From the IMG/VR virus record IMGVR_UViG_3300037400_008007, positions 10,616 to 74,615 of that record: a stretch of DNA of 64,000 nucleotides; one strand, given 5' to 3'. Position 1 is the first letter of the stretch, and each line of letters begins with the position of its first letter. The position numbers and the translations under genes are program-made. Origin of the DNA: a virus. Taxonomy: Duplodnaviria > Caudoviricetes. This document shows, piece by piece, positions 11,172-20,744 of the stretch. Below the pieces are notes generated by a model, which was not told the origin of the DNA, searched no databases, and saw only the letters and a list, made by a program, of their open reading frames with translations.

Positions 11172-11920
11172 AGCACTACAACACCATAGAGGAAAGTCAT
11201 CTGTACTTCGGGAACAATCTCGAAGTTATGGATGACCTGCCTGCGTACAGCATAGACCTTATTGTGACCGACCCACCTTACAACTTCACGAAGGCGAATT
11301 GTACCAAGATGTATAAAGAGACTTCTAAGAAGCTGATGTCGAAGTCTGGTCTATACGACTACGACGACGAGACGGAAGAATGTCGTATTAAGGCAGGCTT
11401 CAGTAAGGATGACATCTACCGATGGTTGGATATGACACCAAGGCTGGTAAAGAAGATGAACGCATACATTTTTTGTTCCGAGGTGCAAGTGCCTATCTAT
11501 GCCATGTGGGCAGAGGAACACGGTTATAAGTTCTCAATTCTCATTTGGGAGAAGCCGTTGGCCATTATCAGCAAAAGCCGTTATTCGCAGAATGTGGAGT
11601 TTATTGTGCGCATATACGATGACGGAACCGCCCTCAATAAGATCGATGACTGCGAACAGTACAACAGAGTCCTGCATATTCCAGTAGTCACCAAGAAGCT
11701 AACACCTACGCAGAAACCTGTTGCGCTCATGGCCAGGCTTATCCGTCTATCCTCGCAAGAAGGGGGTGTTGTTCTTGATCCGTTCTTAGGTTCGGGAACA
11801 ACGGCTGTTGCAGCCCAACGGTTGGGCAGGAAGTATATCGGCATAGAAAGAAATGAGCGATTCTATCGCATTGCAGAGAATCGCTTAAAGGAAGAGTGCG
11901 TCCAACAGTCGCTGTTTTAG
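11168..11920 (+). CDS. orphan DNA amino-methyltransferase (N6A/N4C, beta class)
   Basis: DPPY motif IV precedes DPFLGSGTT motif I; no cognate restriction enzyme adjacent. Confidence 0.9.
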   Translation: MKHYNTIEESHLYFGNNLEVMDDLPAYSIDLIVTDPPYNFTKANCTKMYKETSKKLMSKSGLYDYDDETEECRIKAGFSKDDIYRWLDMTPRLVKKMNAYIFCSEVQVPIYAMWAEEHGYKFSILIWEKPLAIISKSRYSQNVEFIVRIYDDGTALNKIDDCEQYNRVLHIPVVTKKLTPTQKPVALMARLIRLSSQEGGVVLDPFLGSGTTAVAAQRLGRKYIGIERNERFYRIAENRLKEECVQQSLF

Positions 11921-12495
11921 AATCCATCAGAGAAAGACTTTTGGGGCTTTGCATAGGCCGCTTTCATAGCCTGCCATTGGGCTTTTATTGCAGAGCCTAC
12001 CTTGTCTTTCTTGAACTCTTTATCGTACATGTCTGGTGAAATGCCGATACGCACTTTTTTAACTCCAGTATTGGCAATCTGCTCGATTTGGCTTTCTGTT
12101 ACAGAAAACATAAGTGTGAGAGAGTTAGAGCGGATAACAATTCCGTTTACATTCTGAACGTTTGGCTCTGACTTGACAGCGTCCGACAATGATTTGAACT
12201 CAAGCACGGTGCCATCATTGAGACGCATAAGCATTGGTGCTTCTGCATTTGCTTCAAAAGAAGTTGTACCAGTAAGTTTGGTGCAAAGGGATATGGACTT
12301 CTCGTTCTTATCCTTGTCTATTGTCGAGAAAAGGGAAACGGAAAGAACAATTTTGTCAGAGAAGCCACCTTTGCATACCACATCTTCAGTAGATATGACA
12401 CGATGTCCGTCTTTCGTTTCATCGATGGCGATACCCTGCGCATAAGATGACGCACAAATAATAGTCAGTAGGAATGTAAAAAAAGCCTTTTTCAT
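11917..12495 (-). CDS. secreted protein (moron-like), 192 aa from MKKAFF
   Basis: Signal peptide MKKAFFTFLLTIICASSYA; own - strand TACCTTTG at 12528-12535. Confidence 0.7.
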   Translation of the reverse strand: MKKAFFTFLLTIICASSYAQGIAIDETKDGHRVISTEDVVCKGGFSDKIVLSVSLFSTIDKDKNEKSISLCTKLTGTTSFEANAEAPMLMRLNDGTVLEFKSLSDAVKSEPNVQNVNGIVIRSNSLTLMFSVTESQIEQIANTGVKKVRIGISPDMYDKEFKKDKVGSAIKAQWQAMKAAYAKPQKSFSDGF

Positions 12496-12600
12496 ATTCT
12501 GTTTTTGAGGTTGTGTAAAATTGACGGCAAAGGTAATAATAATAGTCGAGACGTGAAAAGGAAGAATGTTTTTTATCAAATATTTAACATTATTCCTTTG

Positions 12601-12679
12601 TCAAAAATTTGCATATATGATAAATTTTGATTACCTTTGAGGTAGCAAATAAGATAAATACACTTCAAAACTTACGATT
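12601..12679 (+). promoter_or_regulatory. early promoter/leader repeat copy 1
   Basis: TTTG 12608-11, 20-nt spacer, TACCTTTG 12632-39, GCAAATAAGA, TCAAAACTT, ATG 12680. Confidence 0.85.
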
Positions 12680-13600
12680 ATGAACACAATCAATCTTTCA
12701 GACCTGCAGCAGCAGACACAGGAAATCAAAGAACACATAGCACGTTACGAGGCTACTCACGAACCATCGCAGTTCCGTGTGTTTCCTCGCGCCATGGAGG
12801 CTATTGCCGAGTATGGTGCCGAGAACATCTTTTTGGTGAGCGAGGTTTACCATGGTATGTATCACGATGACTATGCATATTTTGAGTACTATAACAATGT
12901 GACGGGCGAGACATTCAAGGACCAATGGACTACTGCTTTCTGCTGCCCAGCTTACCAGTTCTACAAGTGCGTAACGATTGAGGACGCATGGGAGTGTGGT
13001 TTTGTCAATGCCGAAAAGTGGCTCAAGTCAAAGAAAGAGGAACTGCTTGCGTATCTGTCCGCAGCTGCTATTCCCCACATTCCTGTAGCCGAACTTATCA
13101 AAGCGAAAGCCCTTGTGTCTGTCCGTAAAGGGCGCAAGTGGCAGGGTACTGGCTACATCATCAAGAAGCGAGACATGAAGTTTGGGTATAAGTCTGTGAC
13201 CTACGCAATCATATTCGACCCCATGACAATGACCATTAACGAGGTCAATGCCGACTACGTTCAGATAGAGGACATGGAGTGTCTGGAGAAGATGTGGAAG
13301 CAGGAGTGTAAGGACATGATTACGGCTTTGCAACCGTCAGACGTAGTTGTTTCTAACGGACGCATCGAGACAGGCTGCAAGGTAGATTTTATTAGCTGGC
13401 TTACCAAGCGCAACGAGGGTGTGATATTGGACTACTCGGAAGCGTCATGGCCTGCACAGGAAGCAAGAGATAAGAAAGCATCAGAGTTTAAGGAGAAGAA
13501 GATGGCCGAGCTTGTTGAGTGGGTCAAGACGAACACCGACAGGAAAGGCGATGATATTCAAGCCCTCGCAGAACGTATCTTCGCACGTCGTTACGCATAA
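12680..13600 (+). CDS. hypothetical protein
   Basis: 306 aa, first gene after promoter repeat 1. Confidence 0.8.
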   Translation: MNTINLSDLQQQTQEIKEHIARYEATHEPSQFRVFPRAMEAIAEYGAENIFLVSEVYHGMYHDDYAYFEYYNNVTGETFKDQWTTAFCCPAYQFYKCVTIEDAWECGFVNAEKWLKSKKEELLAYLSAAAIPHIPVAELIKAKALVSVRKGRKWQGTGYIIKKRDMKFGYKSVTYAIIFDPMTMTINEVNADYVQIEDMECLEKMWKQECKDMITALQPSDVVVSNGRIETGCKVDFISWLTKRNEGVILDYSEASWPAQEARDKKASEFKEKKMAELVEWVKTNTDRKGDDIQALAERIFARRYA

Positions 13601-13606
13601 AGATTT

Positions 13607-13635
13607 GGGCCTGTCAACAAGTGGTTGGCAGGCTC
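13607..13635. terminator. hairpin between cassettes
   Basis: GGGCCTGTCAAC/GTTGGCAGGCTC stem; followed by an A-run rather than a U-run on +. Confidence 0.5.
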
Positions 13636-13747
13636 AAAAAAACTTTGCAGGAAAGCAAAACTTTCTCGCTAAAAATTCGCATATTTGATAAAATCTTTGT
13701 ACCTTTGGTATAGCAAATAAGAAAAGTAACCTTCAAAACTCAAGACA
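13636..13747 (+). promoter_or_regulatory. early promoter/leader repeat copy 2
   Basis: TTCG 13676-79, 20 nt, TACCTTTG 13700-07, TAGCAAATAAGAAAAGT, TCAAAACT, ATG 13748. Confidence 0.85.
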
Positions 13748-14056
13748 ATGTGTACTTCAATTTTAGCAAGTCAGAACGAGATTAAAGCCAAGTATGGCAA
13801 GGAAGTAATCATCCTCTCTCTCTGTGGAGATTTCTATGAAGCATACGAGGATGACGCAGAGACCATAGCAAGGCTGTTGGGTATTACGCTCACCAGACGT
13901 AGTGAAAACGGTGATAGCAGAAAGGGCATCCGTATGGCAGGTTTCCCACGTCATGCGCTCGACACATATCTGCCAAAGCTCATCAGAGCTGGCCACAGGG
14001 TTGCCATAACCGAGCTTGTTGTCAAGGAGGTGGTTGCTCCTGGCATAGCACTATAG
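13748..14056 (+). CDS. stand-alone MutS domain I (mismatch-recognition domain) protein
   Basis: [42 protein letters not shown] match MutS_I; no ATPase domain. Confidence 0.85.
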   Translation: MCTSILASQNEIKAKYGKEVIILSLCGDFYEAYEDDAETIARLLGITLTRRSENGDSRKGIRMAGFPRHALDTYLPKLIRAGHRVAITELVVKEVVAPGIAL

Positions 14057-14553
14057 GTTGAGCCGTAGGCGGCAGTTCGGGGTTCGACTCCCCGATGGCC
14101 ACAAAGAACGTTCTGCTGGTTATCCAGCAAGGAGAGTTATCCGTATTTTCGGTGTCGATGTCACTTTGAAGTTGCTCTCTCCATAATCAAAAGGAACTTG
14201 AAAGCTGGCGAGGCAGATGTTAGCCCAAACATTGTTTCCTTGAAACATAAAAGCAAGGCGGTGGTAAAGCGTCAGATTCCACTCTGCGGCCCTGGATAGT
14301 CTATCATCGGGAGGGCGGTGGCAACTCGGCCAGAAGTTGCAAAAGTCGATGCCACTTAGGGACTTTAAGGCAGTGGGGGCAAGCAACGGCCAAGCGAGTA
14401 ACATTGGGCGACAAAGGAAAGCGCACACCCAAACGAGGTGACCCGAAACTCGACAAACGGGCGCGGAGAGAGAACACACTCCGTACAAAAAAGTCCTACC
14501 GCTGGGCGATAGCGAAAAGCGCATTAGTTATTCACCAATGGAAACAGACAGTT
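14057..14553 (+). ncRNA. candidate large structured ncRNA starting with a tRNA-like T-arm
   Basis: CGGGG-TTCGACT-CCCCG at 14078-94; many local and long-range helices; no convincing + strand CDS. Confidence 0.45.
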
Positions 14554-14850
14554 ATGGCTAAATGGATTTTTCAAGGCATCAAGGACATTCAGAGCAAGCA
14601 CCTACCAAAGATTGTAGTTGCTGACACAGAAGAAGAGTTCAACCGACTAAGGGAGTTGTACTATGAGGCCTTACGCTCCAGCGTGGAGCCAGAGACCTAT
14701 GTGAAGTATGAGATCTGGACGAGTGACATCTACATTGATGTGGACTACATTATCGTTCAGACGGAAGCGATATACAAGGCCGCTGTGAGCCGTTCGCAGA
14801 TTGCCAGCTGGATTGAGCAGCACAAAGAGAGTCACCACGTTCTGCGATAG
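14554..14850 (+). CDS. hypothetical protein (98 aa from MAKWIF)
   Basis: ATG at 14554 preferred over TTG at 14404. Confidence 0.6.
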   Translation: MAKWIFQGIKDIQSKHLPKIVVADTEEEFNRLRELYYEALRSSVEPETYVKYEIWTSDIYIDVDYIIVQTEAIYKAAVSRSQIASWIEQHKESHHVLR

Positions 14851-14910
14851 CGTAGAGCGATCAAGAGGCAAGAGAGAAATAAATCTTGTACTTTTGGTAA
14901 GAAATAAGGC

Positions 14911-14990
14911 AAAAAGTTTGTGTATTTGATAAAATATGCTTACCTTTGCCAATGCAAATAAGATAAAGTAATAATCAAAACTTAGACATC
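14911..14990 (+). promoter_or_regulatory. early promoter/leader repeat copy 3
   Basis: TTTG 14917-20, 20 nt, TACCTTTG 14941-48, GCAAATAAGA, TCAAAACTT, ATG 14991. Confidence 0.85.
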
Positions 14991-15278
14991 ATGGCAAACA
15001 AAGTTGTTGAGAACACCGCAAGGCGCATCGTGGCTTTCAGCGATGACGGCACTTGCAAGCTCATTGCCACACGCAGAGCGAACAAGATCGAGCGTTTCGG
15101 TCGTACCGCTTTTGTTGGCTCGTACTGGACGTTAGAGACATTCCAGAGGCAGGGCGACAAATTTCAGCCAATGGTATTCAAAGGCTTACCCTCTCGTTAT
15201 GAGTTGAAGCAAGACGTAATTGCGCAGCTTCAGAGTTCCGTTCGTTTCACAGAAGCATATAAGGAGTTAAGTGTATGA
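14991..15278 (+). CDS. hypothetical protein
   Basis: 95 aa after promoter repeat 3. Confidence 0.75.
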   Translation: MANKVVENTARRIVAFSDDGTCKLIATRRANKIERFGRTAFVGSYWTLETFQRQGDKFQPMVFKGLPSRYELKQDVIAQLQSSVRFTEAYKELSV

Positions 15279-16813
15279 ATATCTTTAGTAACAATCCAGA
15301 CTTTTATCCAACACCAAGCCGAGTTATCGAGCAGATGATGATGGGTGAGGACATTATCGGCAAGACCATATTGGAGCCGAGTGCAGGCAAGGGCAACATC
15401 GTTGATTGGCTGAAACGAAATGGAGCTGGCAGGGTGATTGCCTGTGAAAACGACCCGAATGTACGCAAGCTGCTGGACGGGAAGTGTGAGGTGATAGCAA
15501 CGGACTTTCTGACGGTTACACCCGACATGGTGAGTCATATAGACCATATCGTTATGAATCCACCGTTTAGCAAGGGAGCAGAGCATATCCTACATGCCTA
15601 TGAGATTGCGCCTCCAGGCTGCATCATAACAGCCCTGTGCAACTCCGAGAACATTTACGGCTACAGCCGATATGACAAGCACAAACGTCTTGTGGAGTTG
15701 ATAGAGTCCGAGGGCCGTGCAGAAAATCTTGGTGCCGTCTTTGAGAACGACGCAGAGAGAACCACGCGCTGCCGAGTAAGCATGATAAAGCTCTACAAGC
15801 ATGGAGAGGGCGACAATGAGTTTGCTGGCTATTTCTTTTCGCAGTTTGACGAGGATAATGCCAACGCTAACCAGCGTGAGGGTATCATGCCTTATAACTT
15901 CATCCGAGAGTTGGTGAACCGCTACGTTTCAGCCGTGAAGATGTTTGATGACGTGATGGAGGCTACCAAGCGCATCAACGAGGCTGCAACCTATGTTGAA
16001 TATAAAGATGACGTGAACTCGCATGGAGAGCCATACAAGCGCAAGGTGGAGTACGGCTATCTGCCCGTGAGCTTCAAAGCCGTAAGCAGTGATGACCGTG
16101 CTACCGTTGTCAGTCATTCGACTTATCGCAAGGCCCTACAGAAATACTACTGGCGCATCATCTTTGACAAGCTGAACATGAGGAAATACGCTACAGCTAA
16201 GTTGAACGAGCAGATTAACAAATTCATCGAGGACAGCAAGAGCGCACCTTTCACGATGGCCAACATCTATCGAGTTATTGACATCGTGATACAGACCACA
16301 GGACAGCGTATGTTGTCAGCACTTGTAGAGGCTTTTGATACTATATGCGAATTGTCTGCAGAAAACTCGACCGCTGGAGAGAAATGGAAAACCAACGCGA
16401 ACTACATGGTCAATAAGCGTTTCATCGTGGACTGGATGACAGAATACGGAGATTACGGTTACAAGTACGAGCGAGTGAACCTACGCTATAGCGGAAATCG
16501 AAATAAGATTGAGGACGTATGCAAGGCTCTCTGTTATATGACAGGCCGAGACTACGACAAGATGGAGAGCTTGAGCGATGCTTGCCATAATCAGTGGTGG
16601 GGAACGTGGTTCGAGTGGGGCTTCTTCAAGTGCATAGCCTACAAGAAAGGAACGATGCACTTTGAATTTCTCGACGAAGATGTGTGGTACAAATTCAATG
16701 CCGAGGTGGCCAAGACCAAAGGCTGGGATTTGCCAAAGAAAACGGAGAAGAAACGCAAGGCTCCCGAACGCAAGAAGAAAGCGGAGTGTACCGATATGAT
16801 GTTGTTTGACTAA
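15275..16813 (+). CDS. adenine DNA methyltransferase with DUF4942-like C-terminal domain
   Basis: FYPTP, LEPSAGKG (motif I), NPPF (motif IV); C-terminal WFEWGFFKCIAYKKGTMHFEF. Confidence 0.85.
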   Translation: MNIFSNNPDFYPTPSRVIEQMMMGEDIIGKTILEPSAGKGNIVDWLKRNGAGRVIACENDPNVRKLLDGKCEVIATDFLTVTPDMVSHIDHIVMNPPFSKGAEHILHAYEIAPPGCIITALCNSENIYGYSRYDKHKRLVELIESEGRAENLGAVFENDAERTTRCRVSMIKLYKHGEGDNEFAGYFFSQFDEDNANANQREGIMPYNFIRELVNRYVSAVKMFDDVMEATKRINEAATYVEYKDDVNSHGEPYKRKVEYGYLPVSFKAVSSDDRATVVSHSTYRKALQKYYWRIIFDKLNMRKYATAKLNEQINKFIEDSKSAPFTMANIYRVIDIVIQTTGQRMLSALVEAFDTICELSAENSTAGEKWKTNANYMVNKRFIVDWMTEYGDYGYKYERVNLRYSGNRNKIEDVCKALCYMTGRDYDKMESLSDACHNQWWGTWFEWGFFKCIAYKKGTMHFEFLDEDVWYKFNAEVAKTKGWDLPKKTEKKRKAPERKKKAECTDMMLFD

Positions 16814-16825
16814 TATATACAAGCT

Positions 16826-16969
16826 ATGACCAAAGAGAAAATTTGCTACTATTGCAAGAAAGTTAAAAACGTAGGGATATACTGCCCGAAGTACCAATGC
16901 GGCAAGACAGGAGAGACCAAGGAGAGTTTCGACACTTGCGATGATTGGGAAGACTACGAAGAAAAATGA
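16826..16969 (+). CDS. small Cys-rich protein (47 aa, not in ORF track)
   Basis: MTKEKICYYCKKVKNVGIYCPKYQCGK...C. Confidence 0.5.
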   Translation: MTKEKICYYCKKVKNVGIYCPKYQCGKTGETKESFDTCDDWEDYEEK

Positions 16970-17062
16970 CAACTCTTCCAGTTGTCGGGGCTTCTGTCAA
17001 AATCTGTTAGCAATCATTCCCAAAACAGCAGCCCTATTTTGAAACCTCAAACCGATCAAGAT

Positions 17063-17422
17063 ATGAACAAAGTAAAACATCTGAAAATGGTAACGTGTTC
17101 ATGGTTCCCCATGAAAGGTTATCTGGCAATCACCATTCTGCGATGGATGATAGTCCGCAAGAATTTAGCAAACAAAGTGTCGCCAATCATTATAAACCAT
17201 GAGGACATTCATTATGCGCAAGAGCGAGAGCTGTGGTATATCGGCTTCTACCTGCTCTACTTGCTGATGTTTGTCTTGAACCTGTTGACGAAGTGGAATT
17301 GGAATCGAGCCTACAGAGCGATACCTTTTGAGGCAGAGGCTTACGCAAATGAGCGCAATCTTACCTATTTGGAGAACCGAGAGCGTTTCGCTTGGTACAA
17401 ATATAAGGGAAAAGAGATATGA
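17063..17422 (+). CDS. membrane-associated zincin-like protein
   Basis: HEDIH (HExxH) plus FEAEAY, with a hydrophobic segment. Confidence 0.6.
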   Translation: MNKVKHLKMVTCSWFPMKGYLAITILRWMIVRKNLANKVSPIIINHEDIHYAQERELWYIGFYLLYLLMFVLNLLTKWNWNRAYRAIPFEAEAYANERNLTYLENRERFAWYKYKGKEI

Positions 17423-17712
17423 GTGAGGGTGTGGCATTACTCCAAAGGGGAAGGCAGCGGTTGGAGTCTTTGGCTCCAGTCCGTTGCCACCAGCTCAAAG
17501 AACGTACCGTTGTAGCGTGGTGCGCTGGCTATGGTCAAGGGGCTACTGACGTATTGGAGAGGCTGAAAGGTGCAAGGCGCAAGATGGTTGAGACCTACGA
17601 AAAGAAGATGGAGGAAACGACCGAGAAAGACGCTTACCATGCAGCTGTGGCCACTATGGCTATTGAAGTAGAAACGATTATCGATGAAATATCAGAAGGA
17701 AAGGAATGGTAG
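17419..17712 (+). CDS. hypothetical protein
   Basis: 97 aa, overlapping start/stop. Confidence 0.6.
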   Translation: MSEGVALLQRGRQRLESLAPVRCHQLKERTVVAWCAGYGQGATDVLERLKGARRKMVETYEKKMEETTEKDAYHAAVATMAIEVETIIDEISEGKEW

Positions 17713-18086
17713 TACATAGGTTCATGTCGCAGGCAGAATACAATCTGTTTTGCAGTGGTGAAGAAGTCCGTAACAACAGCCGCCATATAGGTTATAGGAC
17801 AACGAGTATTGGCTTCTGTTTCTTTGTGGAAAACCCAGAGGAAGCGATACACTGGCTATCCGGCTGCTGTGACCCAGAGCAATGTGTTACGTTGGAGATT
17901 GACGAGAAACTGCTACAGAAAACGACTGGTCATTACCGAAACCCCAAGGGCGGTACAATAGACAGGACGGAATACTGTTGTACGTCCTACTCGTTGAGAA
18001 CAGCGCGATTGTTGGCAGTAACAGACAAATACAGAGGATTGGCTGAAATGCGTAAAGCGTTGCGTTTGCTCGGGCTTATTTGGTAG
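17706..18086 (+). CDS. hypothetical protein
   Basis: 126 aa; STSIGFCFF-like motif seen in small phage proteins. Confidence 0.65.
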   Translation: MVVHRFMSQAEYNLFCSGEEVRNNSRHIGYRTTSIGFCFFVENPEEAIHWLSGCCDPEQCVTLEIDEKLLQKTTGHYRNPKGGTIDRTEYCCTSYSLRTARLLAVTDKYRGLAEMRKALRLLGLIW

Positions 18087-18203
18087 AAAAAAACTTTGCT
18101 TTTTCTTAAACTTTCTTGGTCAAAAATTTGCATATTTGATAAATTATGCCTACCTTTGAAGTAGCAAATAAGATAAGTAACAACTTTTCAAAACTTCAAA
18201 ACT
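18086..18203 (+). promoter_or_regulatory. early promoter/leader repeat copy 4
   Basis: TTTG 18127-30, TACCTTTG 18151-58; 116/121 nt identical to copy 5. Confidence 0.9.
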
Positions 18204-18536
18204 ATGGCAACAACAATTTCGCAGAACAGCAACAAGAGTATGGTAATGAGAGCTGCTTGGGCAATGCTCAAAAAGGCAGAAGTGGCAAACATCAGCGAGG
18301 GTCTGAAACTCGCATGGAAAGCAATCAAGTTGAAGATTGCAATGGCCAAGGGAGTGGTTACGTTCCAGTACCGCAAGGCAAGTGGTGAAGTCCGCACGGC
18401 TATTGGAACGCTAAAGTCGGGTATCGTGAACTACGAGCCAAAAGGCACGAACCGCAAGCCATGCTACTCAACCGTAGCCTACTGGGACATCGAGAGAAAG
18501 GGCTTCCGTTCATTCTGCATCAGTCACTTAATTTAA
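18204..18536 (+). CDS. DUF2693 / SH3-like beta-barrel (WYL_2-type) protein
   Basis: VTFQYRKASGEVRTAIGTL ... YWDIERKGFRSF. Confidence 0.75.
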   Translation: MATTISQNSNKSMVMRAAWAMLKKAEVANISEGLKLAWKAIKLKIAMAKGVVTFQYRKASGEVRTAIGTLKSGIVNYEPKGTNRKPCYSTVAYWDIERKGFRSFCISHLI

Positions 18537-18598
18537 GTGGCTGACAGCAGACCGAGAGAAACAGAAAGTAAGTAAAACAAAACATAGGAGATACAGAT

Positions 18599-18988
18599 AT
18601 GTTACAGAAAATTAAGCAGCAGTATTACGAAATGGGCTTCAACCTGTTATCGGGAATCGTGGTTGACAAAGAGCTAAAGAACCAGTTGACAGCAATACTG
18701 GAGAAAGCCAAGCAAGAGATAAGCAATCTTATCAAGGACAACCCAGACCATTACATGATGACTAACGGCAGCTATGTCTATCCGTTCGGCAAGCAGACAG
18801 ACTTCAACTACAAAGAGCCGCCTCGTATGTTTGACCTTTCACTGGAGCAGAGACTCCACTTGTTAGACGCAGCATTTGCCGTGAAAGAAATCGAGCATCT
18901 GTTTGTGTCAGAAGAGAACATGAAGTTGGACGATATTAAGGCACAGGCCCAGCGAGCCATTGAGGACGAAATGGCAGAGCGTAAGTAA
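18599..18988 (+). CDS. hypothetical protein
   Basis: 129 aa, ATG start. Confidence 0.7.
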   Translation: MLQKIKQQYYEMGFNLLSGIVVDKELKNQLTAILEKAKQEISNLIKDNPDHYMMTNGSYVYPFGKQTDFNYKEPPRMFDLSLEQRLHLLDAAFAVKEIEHLFVSEENMKLDDIKAQAQRAIEDEMAERK

Positions 18989-19001
18989 TACCATCGTGAA
19001 T

Positions 19002-19283
19002 ATGGCAAACAACGTAAGATTATCGTTGGAGCAGATAAACAAGTTGAAACATGCGGTCGGGCTGAATAATATCAGATCGATGCCAAAGAACGGAATCTAT
19101 TCAGCCTACCGCAACTTCTTTTCCGCACAGAACAAGGACATAGATTGGGAAGAGCTGGTGAAGATAGGCTATGCTACCTGCCAGTATGTGCAATGGTGTC
19201 AGGAGTATTGCTATTGTGTCAGCACTGCCGGACTACGTTACTTGGAAGGATTGCTCGACATCAAAATTGAAGTAAAGAAATGA
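19002..19283 (+). CDS. hypothetical protein
   Basis: 93 aa from ATG 19002; YRNFF...DWEELVKIGYA. Confidence 0.65.
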   Translation: MANNVRLSLEQINKLKHAVGLNNIRSMPKNGIYSAYRNFFSAQNKDIDWEELVKIGYATCQYVQWCQEYCYCVSTAGLRYLEGLLDIKIEVKK

Positions 19284-19984
19284 AGAAGATAATGTTTAAC
19301 TCTCGATATGGTCTGGAGCAGGCAGTATTGAGAGGCGTAAAAACACAGACAAGGCGAGTGATTGACATACCGCAGGTGTGGCACGGGCTTGACGTACACG
19401 GCTCACATCGCTCAAAGGATAAAAGGTCGCTGGTGCTTACAGATAGCGATGACTGTATTTTGAGAGACGAAGCTGGCCGTTATGGGCAAGTCTTACCAAA
19501 GTTCCAGTTCAGTGAGTGCGTGGCTGTTGCACAGTCGTATAATGCTATCTATGACGCGATGGAAGAACAGTACGGCAACAGCAAGGCAAATGAATGGTGG
19601 TGTTCTGCGTGTGATTATGTCTATAATCATCAGCAAAATCAGTTTGGCCTTGCCACAACCGAAGGCTACAGAAACAAGATGTTCGTCAAGGCAGAACTTA
19701 TGCCCCACGTCATCGAGATAACAGACATCAAGGTAGAACGGCTGCAGGACATTAGCGATGAGGACTGCCTGCGGGAAGGGATTATAAAACGTGACGATTT
19801 GATAAACTGCAGGATGGAGAATATCATCCGCTATACATTTGAAGGTAGTTTTGAGAACCATATCTGGAAATCCTACACCACACCGCAAGAAGCCTTCTCC
19901 CGCCTTATCGATAAAGTATCGGGCAAAGGAACATGGGAGAGTAACCCTTGGGTGTTTGCTTATTCATTCCGACTAAAAGACTAA
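19280..19984 (+). CDS. ASCH-like domain protein
   Basis: GVKTQTRR ... VERLQDISDEDCLREG ... WESNPWVFAYSF. Confidence 0.7.
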   Translation: MKKIMFNSRYGLEQAVLRGVKTQTRRVIDIPQVWHGLDVHGSHRSKDKRSLVLTDSDDCILRDEAGRYGQVLPKFQFSECVAVAQSYNAIYDAMEEQYGNSKANEWWCSACDYVYNHQQNQFGLATTEGYRNKMFVKAELMPHVIEITDIKVERLQDISDEDCLREGIIKRDDLINCRMENIIRYTFEGSFENHIWKSYTTPQEAFSRLIDKVSGKGTWESNPWVFAYSFRLKD

Positions 19985-19990
19985 AACGAT

Positions 19991-20368
19991 ATGGCACGAT
20001 TAATAGAAAGCAAGTTCCTCGTCATCGAGGGGAAAGGTAGTGAGTTCCTACAAGCAGGATTTGGTGGTGGGCCAGTTCAAGAAGTGGGTGTTATCAAGAG
20101 CGGCCTTTTTGCAGGCTTCTCCATGATAAACGTAGGAGTTGGAGAAACATTGGTATGCGACACCTGTAACAGCGGAATATTGCCGTCAGAGACGTGTTAC
20201 TATATCGCAGTCCTTAATCGTCTGTACTGCTCCGACTGTTTTAAGAAATGGCATGATGGCGCAACGTACTATCCAGAAGATGCCGTCTATGAGCGCAGGC
20301 AGTACCAGCATACTGAAGCCATGCTTATCGAAGCCGGAATAGAAATCGAGAAAGGAGGCAGGCCATGA
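19991..20368 (+). CDS. hypothetical Zn-binding protein
   Basis: CDTC and CSDC pairs. Confidence 0.6.
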   Translation: MARLIESKFLVIEGKGSEFLQAGFGGGPVQEVGVIKSGLFAGFSMINVGVGETLVCDTCNSGILPSETCYYIAVLNRLYCSDCFKKWHDGATYYPEDAVYERRQYQHTEAMLIEAGIEIEKGGRP

Positions 20369-20742
20369 AGAATGTACCAAGAAAGATATGGCTACAGACC
20401 TATGATCCAGTACCTACAGAAGTTGGAGAGGATTTGCAAGACATCGACTTTGAAGAACTACACAGGAATGGAGTGGTCACATGGGAGAGCGAGCAAATCC
20501 ACTCAACCGACATCGAGTATGAGCATGTGGGCAGTCAGTGGCGAAAGTATGCAGAAGAGCCGCCTACAAAAGAGGGAGAGGTTGTGCTGGTGGTTTATGA
20601 CGATGGCAGCGTAGCGTTGAGCAGAACGTTTAAGATTTCTGACGGCTCCGTACAAATTCTTGTCGGGAAAGACTGCCAAGCCATACTTTGGATGCCATTC
20701 CCAGCAACACCCGAAGAACTGAAAATAAACATAAAGCTATAG
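20365..20742 (+). CDS. hypothetical protein (DUF551-like C-terminus)
   Basis: WRKYAEEPP ... ILWMPFP. Confidence 0.55.
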   Translation: MKNVPRKIWLQTYDPVPTEVGEDLQDIDFEELHRNGVVTWESEQIHSTDIEYEHVGSQWRKYAEEPPTKEGEVVLVVYDDGSVALSRTFKISDGSVQILVGKDCQAILWMPFPATPEELKINIKL

Positions 20743-20744
20743 TT

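Noticed and set aside
14030-14103. tRNA gene or permuted tmRNA
   Set aside because: Only the T-arm is canonical; no proper anticodon arm, acceptor stem or CCA
18146-18388. ORF MPTFEVANKIS..., and the similar N-terminal extension of 58427-58894
   Set aside because: These are translations of the promoter repeat itself; real starts are the ATGs after box B (18204, 58484)
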